Shown: in pieces, positions 36,269-44,222 of the stretch
Position numbering within the stretch: the stretch's first letter is position 1
Layout of the letters: each line of letters opens with the position of its first letter
Source: Hyphomicrobiaceae bacterium
Lineage (GTDB): Bacteria > Pseudomonadota > Alphaproteobacteria > Rhizobiales > Hyphomicrobiaceae
DNA: 59,981 bases
Assembly: GCA_021775715.1 (NCBI GenBank)
Contig: JAJFHI010000122.1
Coordinates: 1 to 59,981, forward strand
Direction of reading: 5' to 3'
Made by a program: the position numbers and the translations under genes
The notes under the pieces: model-generated
The model's database searches: none
The model's input: the letters and a program-made list of their open reading frames with translations, nothing else
What the model was told of the DNA's origin: nothing

Positions 36269-36912
36269 CGGAAACATTGGCAATTTACGGCACAGGCGGA
36301 TTTGCAAGGGAGATGCTCGCACCTCTAAAGCACAGCGCATCCGTCCAGAATCAAATGGACGGAGAGACACCCGAAATTGTGTTTGTGGATGACGACCCGA
36401 CAAAGCACGGGGCCACGATCCTGGGACAAGCGGTGGTGTCTTACAAAGAGGCGTCAAGCCGTGACGCAAAATTCTGCGTGGCGGTTGGAGACCCTTCAGC
36501 CCGCCGCCGAATAACGGAGCAACTGGAGGCCGATCAGGCGCTATTTTTCAGTATCTTTGCAAACAATCTGATTGATCCATACAATGTCACCGTTGGACCT
36601 GGATCGATCTTGTGTGATCACGTCATGATTACGACGGACGGGATTCAGATCGGAAAAAGCTTTCACGCCAACATCTACTCATATGTCGCGCATGATTGCG
36701 ATATCGGTGATTACGTCACGCTCGCACCACGTGCGTCAGTTAACGGCAATGTAACGATTGGGGACGGCGCCTACATCGGCACCAACGCTTCAATCAAGCA
36801 GGGTATTACGATCGGTAAGGGCGCCGTGGTTGGCATGGGGGCCGTGGTCACCAAGAGTGTTGCGCCGGGCGTAACGGTTGTTGGAAATCCGGCGCGGCCA
36901 ATTGGAGCTTAG
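36265..36912 (+). CDS. NeuD/PglD-family amino-sugar N-acetyltransferase (left-handed beta-helix)
   Basis: LAIYGTGGFAREML, IVFVDDDPTKHGATILG, and the hexapeptide region HANIYSYVAHDCDIGDYVTLAPRASVNGNVTIGDGAYIGTNASIKQGITIGKGAVVGMGAVV. Confidence 0.75.
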   Translation: MTETLAIYGTGGFAREMLAPLKHSASVQNQMDGETPEIVFVDDDPTKHGATILGQAVVSYKEASSRDAKFCVAVGDPSARRRITEQLEADQALFFSIFANNLIDPYNVTVGPGSILCDHVMITTDGIQIGKSFHANIYSYVAHDCDIGDYVTLAPRASVNGNVTIGDGAYIGTNASIKQGITIGKGAVVGMGAVVTKSVAPGVTVVGNPARPIGA

Positions 36913-37422
36913 GCGCTATGATTGCCCATTTTTCTAAAAATCAATCCATTCAAAGCGCTGCCTATCGAGGCGAACGATACCGTCCGTCATCATAATCATT
37001 GGGACGTTACATTTATTGGTCTATCGGAGGATCTGGATCATCTGTTGGATTGTTTTAAGCGACTCGTTTTTGATGTTTTAGTTGTCTTCGGTCGAGTATT
37101 TTACGTTTGATCATGTCTCTGTTCAATAAGATCGCTTTTCCACCCCCGATGCAAACATCTGCCGGCGTGAGATTGTTGATGCCTTTGCGGTGTTGAAACG
37201 CTCGCCGATCCAAATTTCATGCAGTCGTTGACGCACCATGGCGTGCCGTCCATTCTCCTAGTGGGTTTGATCGGTATTCTGGCATCTGCAGAGTTCACGG
37301 TTGCCGGCTACGCGCTGGGGTGCGTCTGGTTGCTCCATCATGTTGGCACCGCCAAACGGGTATCCCCAAATTTCCTGGACCGCTTAGACTCCCCAAGCTT
37401 TATCTCGTGTCGACGCTGGCTC

Positions 37423-39381
37423 TCATGCGGCCGATGATCGGGTGTGCGTTTTGGCGCAATAGCGCGTGCGCCAGGATTGCAGCATCGCAACATTCCACAA
37501 GTAATGATGCGCATGGTTTTCACCTTTCAGATAGGCCGATAGCGTCTGGCGAGTGCGCTGTGCATACTGCGGAAAGTCTGCGCAAAATGACGACACGTTA
37601 TCTATGGTCCATTCTTTAAGGGGCCCACGCAGCCAGTGTTCGATCGGTACGCCAAATCCCGCTTTCGGTCGATTAAACAGTGCCTCGGGCACATGCGTTC
37701 CCAGCATTTGCCGCAGCACGTGCTTGGTCTGACCGTGCTTGATTCGCTCCTCGATTGGCAGGCTCCAGGCCAAATCGAACAGCTTATGGTCCAAAAACGG
37801 TACTCTTGTTTCCAGCGAAACTGCCATGGCGGCTCGATCGACCTTGGTTAGGATGTCGCCGGGCAGATAAGTAAGCGTGTCCAAGAGCATCATCAGTTCG
37901 GCAAGGCTATGGCCGCGATTGGAAAGCCCGTCGTGCAGTGGCATTAATGCCAACGCCAGATCATCACCGTCAATGACACCCTCATCGCGGCGCAGTAGTG
38001 CTGCATAGAATTGCAGATCCGTTTCGGCCTGCAAGGCCGTCCCCAATTTGCCGAGCTTCTCGGCAAGGATGCTGATTTTGTCGCCGCCTGTCAGTCTTTG
38101 CAGAGTGCTAAGCAGTTTTTGTTGCCGCGATCCCGCCAGACTCTGCGCTAGTAGGCCGAGCGGGGGACGCAGCGCGCGCGGCACAAATCGCCCCTTACGT
38201 TCCAGATGAACGGAGAAGGAGTGACGATTGTAGCCGCCGAACAGCTCATCTCCGCCATCGCCAGACAGCGATACGGTGACCTTCTCACGTGCAACCCGTG
38301 AGACCAGATAGGTTGGAATCTGCGAACTGTCGGCAAACGGCTCGCTATAAATTTCAGGAAGATCGTCGATCACGTCCAACGCGTCTTGTGAACTGACGAT
38401 GACCTCAGTGTGGTCCGTCCCGAGATGCTCAGCAATAGCGCGAGCATAACCGGATTCGTCATACGCTGCCTCGTCAAAGCCGATGGTGAAGGTCTTCACC
38501 GGAATTGAGGCACACTGCTGCATCAGGGCGACAATAAGCGACGAGTCGATGCCCCCCGAAAGAAAGGCGCCGACCGGCACATCTGCCACCATCTGCCGCG
38601 CAACCACCTCGCGCATTCGTTCCTCAATCTGAACGAGCGTATCTTTTGCGCATGCATTGGTGGTCATAGCGCGTACACGGGCCTCGAGTGCCGAATGTTT
38701 TGCTTGCCAGTATGGCCGGGACGTGAAGTGCCGATCGCCAGGACGCAACCTCGCTACATGTCCGGCCCGCAGCTTCTGCACGCCTCGAAAAATTGTTCTC
38801 GTTTCTGGGGTATAGCTCAACTGCAGGAACAACGAGATCGCCTCATCATCGGTCTCCGCATCAAAGCCTGGATAGGCCATAATCGCGCGCAACTCGGAGC
38901 CGAAAACGATCGCCCCATCGGTTTGCGCGATGAACAACGGCTTCTCACCGAAACGGTCACGGACCAGAACAAGTTCTTGCTCGATACAATCCCAGAGGGC
39001 AAATGCATACATGCCCTCAATCCGGTCCAGCGACGCGTCAATGCCGTGACGTTCGATCAGTTGCAGCAATACCTCGGTGTCCGACGTCCCGCGCCAATTG
39101 ATGCGCGCCTCGCGGTCTAGTTCATTACGCAGTTGCCGATGATTGTAAATCTCGCCATTCAAAGTGATCACGTATCGCCTCGAACGCATTGGCTGCGCAC
39201 CAGCAGCAGAAAGATCGACAATTGATAGCCGCCGGTGCCCCAGATGGATGCCCGCAGATTGATCGGAAAAGACCCCACGCGCATCTGGCCCGCGATGCGT
39301 GAGCGAGTCTGTGATCAAGTCCAATGCGCGGTCTGGTATTCCGGCGTGGGGAGCGGTCAGTATTCCAGCGATACCACACAT
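37423..39381 (-). CDS. asparagine synthase (glutamine-hydrolysing) family amidotransferase (AsnB/WbpS-like)
   Basis: MCGIAGIL is the N-terminal nucleophile Cys. LNGEIYNH and the PP-loop FLSGGIDSSLI are present. Length is 652 aa. Confidence 0.85.
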   Translation of the reverse strand: MCGIAGILTAPHAGIPDRALDLITDSLTHRGPDARGVFSDQSAGIHLGHRRLSIVDLSAAGAQPMRSRRYVITLNGEIYNHRQLRNELDREARINWRGTSDTEVLLQLIERHGIDASLDRIEGMYAFALWDCIEQELVLVRDRFGEKPLFIAQTDGAIVFGSELRAIMAYPGFDAETDDEAISLFLQLSYTPETRTIFRGVQKLRAGHVARLRPGDRHFTSRPYWQAKHSALEARVRAMTTNACAKDTLVQIEERMREVVARQMVADVPVGAFLSGGIDSSLIVALMQQCASIPVKTFTIGFDEAAYDESGYARAIAEHLGTDHTEVIVSSQDALDVIDDLPEIYSEPFADSSQIPTYLVSRVAREKVTVSLSGDGGDELFGGYNRHSFSVHLERKGRFVPRALRPPLGLLAQSLAGSRQQKLLSTLQRLTGGDKISILAEKLGKLGTALQAETDLQFYAALLRRDEGVIDGDDLALALMPLHDGLSNRGHSLAELMMLLDTLTYLPGDILTKVDRAAMAVSLETRVPFLDHKLFDLAWSLPIEERIKHGQTKHVLRQMLGTHVPEALFNRPKAGFGVPIEHWLRGPLKEWTIDNVSSFCADFPQYAQRTRQTLSAYLKGENHAHHYLWNVAMLQSWRTRYCAKTHTRSSAA

Positions 39382-39450
39382 AGCAAGTTCCTAGAAGTCG
39401 CCCACCGGGCGCACCGTTGTCCGATATTGTTTTGACCGGATCACCAGATA

Positions 39451-40689
39451 TTAAACTACCGGCCGCGAGCCAACAGACTGTTGGTGTTGTGGCAGGGATG
39501 CTTCGCCAAGTACCTCTCGGATACTATCGCAAGCACGCCGTATACTTTCCTCACCAATCGTAGGATGGACCAAGAACAAGAGGCTGGTTTCACCGAGCGC
39601 ACGTGCGTTTGGCAGGCGTTCGGCTGGTACCAGAGACGTACCATCGAATGCAGGCTCACGATAAAGCTCGGAGCAACTGCCCACCGAGCACGGCAGACCG
39701 AGTTCGTTCAACGTTATTAGGATGCGATCACGGCTCCAACCGGCGGCGAGGTTTTCTGGTCGAATATAGGCGTACAGCTTGTAGCGGGCATTAACGCACT
39801 TAGAATTGCCGGTGTCGGTGTCATGGCACCGAAATGGTGGTACGCGCACCGCAGGGAATGACGCGAGCGTCTCGCTAATACTGTTCGCGTTGGCATTGCG
39901 CCGCGCGGTCCAATCCGGCATTCGCTTCAATTGAATGCGTCCGATTGCTGCCTGCATCTCTAGCATACGAAAGTTCGTTCCGAACGATTCGTGCACCCAT
40001 CGATAGCCAAACGGATGTTGCTTTTTGTAGACCGTGCTCCACTCTTTGCCGTGATCCTTATATGACCACATGCGCGACCATAACGCTTCGTCGTTGGTTG
40101 TTACCATGCCGCCTTCGCCGCCCGTTGTCATGATCTTGTCCTGGCAGAATGACCAGGTTCCGACATGACCCAACGACCCAACGCTTTTTCCTTTGTAGCG
40201 GGCACCATGCGCCTGCGCGCAGTCTTCGATTACCTTCAAGTTATGCTTTTTGGCCAGCGCCAGGATTGGGTCCATATCACAAGGCCAACCGGCCAAATGG
40301 ACGGGGATGATTGCCTTGGTACGCGGCGTCAGTTTGGCGGCAATGCTGTCTGCGGTGATGTTTCCCGAATTAGGATCGACATCCGCAAACACGGGTGTGG
40401 CGCCGCTATTCACGACAGCGGACACGGAGGCGATGAACGTTCGCGGCGTGACGATGACATCGTCCCCTTGGCCGATGCCAAGGCCGTGTAGCGCCAAATC
40501 CAGGGCGACCGTGCCATTGGCGAGGGCGATCGCGTACTTGACGCCTGTCCATTCAGCGAATTCATTCTCGAATTCGCGGCATTCCTGACCGGTCCAATAG
40601 TTTACGCGATTAGACATCAGCACGCGCGATACCGCCGCCGATTCTTCCTCAGTGAAATTGGGCCAATTCTCAATCCCGTCAGACGCCAT
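39451..40689 (-). CDS. DegT-family PLP-dependent sugar aminotransferase (PglE/WbpE-like)
   Basis: GQGDDVIVTPRTFIASVS, VIEDCAQAHGA, and the lysine context WSFCQDKIMTTGGEGG. Confidence 0.8.
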   Translation of the reverse strand: MASDGIENWPNFTEEESAAVSRVLMSNRVNYWTGQECREFENEFAEWTGVKYAIALANGTVALDLALHGLGIGQGDDVIVTPRTFIASVSAVVNSGATPVFADVDPNSGNITADSIAAKLTPRTKAIIPVHLAGWPCDMDPILALAKKHNLKVIEDCAQAHGARYKGKSVGSLGHVGTWSFCQDKIMTTGGEGGMVTTNDEALWSRMWSYKDHGKEWSTVYKKQHPFGYRWVHESFGTNFRMLEMQAAIGRIQLKRMPDWTARRNANANSISETLASFPAVRVPPFRCHDTDTGNSKCVNARYKLYAYIRPENLAAGWSRDRILITLNELGLPCSVGSCSELYREPAFDGTSLVPAERLPNARALGETSLLFLVHPTIGEESIRRACDSIREVLGEASLPQHQQSVGSRPVV

Positions 40690-40699
40690 GTTTAACTCT

Positions 40700-41007
40700 C
40701 CCTCGTCACTCTTGCCGGGTTCCCCATGTCGGATGTTTCTGGCGGCACGCGTCTTCTCACAGCCACCCCCCTATTCCGCCCCCTCTCCGATCTTTATGGG
40801 AGCCTCGGCCAATTCATACCGAATGATGGCACCCATACCGATGTATACATGATCGCCGAGCTCGATATTGCCGTTGCATCGGACCACAGGTGCAAAGGTT
40901 ACATAGCCGCCGTTCCTGCAATCACGTGCTACGTATGAGAACATGTTGGCATGGAAATGCCTCCGGATCCGCACATTCGAGATGATCATGCTGAAAGCAG
41001 ACAACAT
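40700..41007 (-). pseudogene. decayed hexapeptide acetyltransferase (C-terminal beta-helix half only)
   Basis: FHANMFSYVARDCRNGGYVTFAPVVRCNGNIELGDHVYIGMGAIIRYE..IKIGEGAE then a stop. It parallels FHANIYSYVAHDCDIGDYVTLAPRASVNGNVTIGDGAYIGTNASIKQG of 36265..36912. A shifted frame continues toward a ..GEPGK tail (compare GNPAR). The N-terminal domain is missing. Confidence 0.6.
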
Positions 41008-41110
41008 TGCCTTAAGCCGACGTCAGTTTCGTCTAAAATCACCGTGTTCTCAGCAACTGACGAGCCAAATCTAATGCTGGCTGATACACGACGTGCGGCC
41101 TGCTTTTCTC

Positions 41111-41500
41111 TCACGTGGGAGTTGGCCAACGACATGCAAACACGCTTGTCGGCTGCATTACAGGCCTGAAACTCACCCTATTTGAGAACGCTGCGGTCGT
41201 TGACGCTCCTTGCCGTTTCGCCATCATCAATAGAACCAAAAGCCTAGTATCATCACCCCATGTCACGCGCAAGCCCGGCATCGTTGCACTGTCGGAAGCG
41301 GCGAAGTCGCGCCGGCATTGTCGCGTAGTGCGGAAATAATCCAGCAGAAATGAACGTGGCCCCACCAGATTCATGTCACCCCGCAGCACGTTTCAAAGCT
41401 AGGACAATTCATCAAGACTTGTCGCGCGCAACGCTTGCCAAGCAACGCAAGAAGATCATGGCGGGCAGAAGTCGTATCAACGCTACGGTCGTCACGAACA
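41111..41500 (-). pseudogene. decayed phosphoglycosyl transferase (Bac_transf) paralogue
   Basis: The minus strand reads [31 protein letters not shown]. In-frame TAG lies at 41399..41401 and TGA at 41393..41395. The intact gene at 26497..27096 reads [26 protein letters not shown]. Downstream, PGLRVTWG stands in place of PGITGWAQ. The N-terminal TM region is missing. Confidence 0.7.
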
Positions 41501-41502
41501 TA

Positions 41503-42672
41503 TCAAACGTTCGCTTCGTCGCCATTGCCAGTCCGTTTATTGGAATTGCTCGAGATGCCCATGATCTTTAAGAGCTCAGCATTCACTAAATTGACATCAA
41601 AACGCTGCTCAGCAATTTGCCTGCTTCGTCGACCCATCGGTTCGAGAGACTGCGGATTGGCCAGAAACCACTCCATAGATCGGGCAAGAGCCGCGGAATC
41701 CGCTTTTGGAATCATCCAGCCATTTTCCCCGTCGACCACTGTCTCCCGGCAACCGGGCACGTCTGTGGTGAGAATTGCCCGTCCCATCGACATTGCCTCA
41801 AGTACGGACCGCGGCACACCTTCATGATAAGAGGGCAGCACGTATACGTGGCACTCGGCGATATAGGGCCGAACGTCAGTCACGCTCCCGCAATAGCGTA
41901 GGATGCCATCGGCCTGCCACCGGTCAACCCACTCCATCGGAATTCCGTCTGGAGAGGGGTCGCTGGGACCAACAAGAATAAATTCTACGTCCGCATGACG
42001 CTGCATCACCTCGGACGCGGCCTCGGCAAATTCGCGCACGCCTTTTTCGCCTAGCAATCGCGCAATCAGCAGGAACTTTGTATTGCCTTCGGGCAAAGGA
42101 GCCACAGCAAAGCGTCGAAGGTCCACGCCCGACCCGTTCACCAACTGAGTCTTGTGCTCAGGCACGATCGCAGCATCAACAAATACTGCTCGATTGTCTG
42201 GGTTCTGGAAAATAACAGATTGAGCACGCCGCAACGATACACGGTACAACCGCGTGACGAGCGCGCGTATGATATTGCGTGTTGTCCCGCCGCCTTCGAA
42301 GGCGAAGCCAAGGCCCGTGATTAGAGCGAAGAACCTGACGTCTTTCAAACTTCTACGCGACGAGCGTAACGCCACTCCGCTCCAAACCACCGGCTTGATG
42401 GTGTACGCCAACACAATGTCCGGCTTAAGTTCGCGAAAAATTTTGGCGAGCGCCGCGCAAGTGGCAACATCCGAGCGAGGGTTCAACCGGCTGCGCTCAA
42501 TGGGAATGCTGCGAAATTCAGCACCTAGCGCGCGAATAGCACGGACTTCTTCATCGCTTCCCTCAGCGCTAATAGCTGTCACACGGGTGCCTGCTGCTAC
42601 AAGCGTCCTGATCAGATCGCCGCGAAAATTTGTAAGCGAACTTGCAATTCCGCCAACAATTAAAATATGCAT
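41503..42672 (-). CDS. GT4-family glycosyltransferase (PglA/WbpT-like)
   Basis: MHILIVGGIASSLTNFRGDLIRTLVAAG, and the C-terminal GT-B motif VLPSYHEGVPRSVLEAMSMGRAILTTDVPGCRETVVDGENG (E-x7-E). Confidence 0.75.
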   Translation of the reverse strand: MHILIVGGIASSLTNFRGDLIRTLVAAGTRVTAISAEGSDEEVRAIRALGAEFRSIPIERSRLNPRSDVATCAALAKIFRELKPDIVLAYTIKPVVWSGVALRSSRRSLKDVRFFALITGLGFAFEGGGTTRNIIRALVTRLYRVSLRRAQSVIFQNPDNRAVFVDAAIVPEHKTQLVNGSGVDLRRFAVAPLPEGNTKFLLIARLLGEKGVREFAEAASEVMQRHADVEFILVGPSDPSPDGIPMEWVDRWQADGILRYCGSVTDVRPYIAECHVYVLPSYHEGVPRSVLEAMSMGRAILTTDVPGCRETVVDGENGWMIPKADSAALARSMEWFLANPQSLEPMGRRSRQIAEQRFDVNLVNAELLKIMGISSNSNKRTGNGDEANV

Positions 42673-43043
42673 TGGTGCCCCAACCGACGCTCCACTGAAA
42701 GCCTTCTCGATTCAGTATGCGGTTAAAGCTCGAAGCGTATCTGCAGTCAACCAAGTAATTTAAGCTGGCTTCAACCTGAGACCGTACGGGTTTGCTGGCT
42801 CTCTGTAGATCCTGTTGACCATGCTTCCAGAGGTTGACAAATCAGTATCAATTGTTCGCAAATCCGGGAACGGTTTGATTTTTTTCGAGCAGTCATTGGT
42901 GTTTGCAGATTGGGTGGGATTGGCGCTTGCGTACATAATTTGGTTGGCACTTCATTTAGCCACGTCGGCCTGAGTCCAACCCGACCAAACCCACGAAACA
43001 GCGTCAGGTGACGATGACGGTTGGCCCCGATGGCATAGTCTTT

Positions 43044-43577
43044 CTATTGCTTGAGGGTTTCGACAAATGTCGTGGTAAATTCTTTAAGCGCATCCCAATC
43101 TGTGAATTCCAGATCCTCTTGTCCCACGGCAACGCTGCGATCCTGCAGAACAACATATCGAACAAACTGCTCTTTGAAGTAGTCGTATTCGGAATGCTTC
43201 AATGCTCCTGCCACCAGATGTATCTCCGACGGTTGCCAGCCGTACTTGGTCAGAAACTGTTCGACATAAGATTGTGCGTCTGGGCGTCCATCTTCAAATG
43301 CCGCAGAAAGGCTCACCGACAGAAATGCGGTAGGCAAAGCCTCTAGCTCACCAAGATGAGCCGTGACGAAATCGCCTATCGAGTCCTGATGTCGCCCCTG
43401 ATGAATTGACCCCGCGACAACGATTGCGTCATGTTTTGCCAAATCGAGACTCTTCGGTGTTCGATCCGACTCATACAGCTCAACCTGTTCACCCAGCTCT
43501 GCGACCGTATCTCTAATTTGTTCAACGACCCTTTTCGTATGGCCTTCGGTCGTGCCAAATACGATTAGAACGCTCAT
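43044..43577 (-). CDS. hemG: flavodoxin-like menaquinone-dependent protoporphyrinogen oxidase
   Basis: It aligns along its length with E. coli HemG as I recall it: IVFGTTEGHTKRVVEQI / ILFSTRDGQTREIASYL; HDAIVVAGSIHQGRHQ / YDRVVIGASIRYGHYH; LPTAFLSVSL / MPSAFYSVNL; LVAGALKHSEYDYF / VIAGALRYPRYRWY; EFTDWD / VYTDWE. The ATG at 43577 follows GGAGGAAG. Confidence 0.7.
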   Translation of the reverse strand: MSVLIVFGTTEGHTKRVVEQIRDTVAELGEQVELYESDRTPKSLDLAKHDAIVVAGSIHQGRHQDSIGDFVTAHLGELEALPTAFLSVSLSAAFEDGRPDAQSYVEQFLTKYGWQPSEIHLVAGALKHSEYDYFKEQFVRYVVLQDRSVAVGQEDLEFTDWDALKEFTTTFVETLKQ

Positions 43578-43669
43578 CGTCTTCCTCCGCTGCATTTAAT
43601 CGCAAGCCCGGGTCGGTATTATTTTGCTCTGCACATCAAAAGCTGAAATTGCCGTGCGGAATTTCTTAT

Positions 43670-43972
43670 TCATTGCCAACCATGCGTGTTTTTCCTCTCA
43701 TGTGCCGTCACGCGCAACTGTTCTAAGAATGTCGAATTCGGACAGAAATGCGGGGGCGCGCTTGGATTTTTGTTGGCCTTAAGCCAGCTTCCACAAGCCC
43801 GCTTATCCGCGCAATGAAAACAAATGTTGCGCGCAGACACGATCGCTTCTCCACGATCTTTTCGGACGGCGTCGATCATCTTAATTTTTAAGGTCGCAAT
43901 CATTCGATTCATCAATCGTTCCTGACGAAAGACTTGTCGAAACATCGGCCAAAGCTGACGCGATTTTCTCAT
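43670..43972 (-). CDS. small Cys-motif protein (C-x2-C ... C-x2-WL ... FCPN; resembles DUF6455-type proteins)
   Basis: NICFHCADKRACGSWLKANKNPSAPPHFCPNSTFLEQL. Two candidate starts have good RBSs, at 43972 and at 43912 (AGGAA 7 nt upstream). The family name is from memory only. Confidence 0.45.
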   Translation of the reverse strand: MRKSRQLWPMFRQVFRQERLMNRMIATLKIKMIDAVRKDRGEAIVSARNICFHCADKRACGSWLKANKNPSAPPHFCPNSTFLEQLRVTAHERKNTHGWQ

Positions 43973-44058
43973 AGTAGTCCCCTTTCCTCAACGGTCAGGC
44001 ATTGGTGATGCTCAGCTTGCACATCCGACCAGTAGATGAGAGCACGTGATCACCTGCA

Positions 44059-44072
44059 TTGATGCAAATCAA
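44059..44072. promoter_or_regulatory. FNR/CRP-family box, perfect TTGAT-N4-ATCAA
   Basis: ttgatgcaaatcaa lies in the divergent intergenic region between 43972(-) and narK. Confidence 0.7.
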
Positions 44073-44128
44073 AAACTGCACAAGCCGGGACAACGACAAC
44101 CCTTTTCCGGGGAAGATTTGCATTACAA

Positions 44129-44142
44129 TTGATCTGTATCAA
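44129..44142. promoter_or_regulatory. FNR/CRP-family box, perfect TTGAT-N4-ATCAA
   Basis: ttgatctgtatcaa lies 70 bp (centre to centre) from the first box. Its centre is about 87 bp upstream of the narK ATG. Confidence 0.7.
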
Positions 44143-44222
44143 TCCACAGCCTCTCCAAATATCCCAGCGTTCTCAGGCTTGCGTCCAATCAATGGACGTG
44201 GCCAAAAGGAGAGGGAAAAGAC

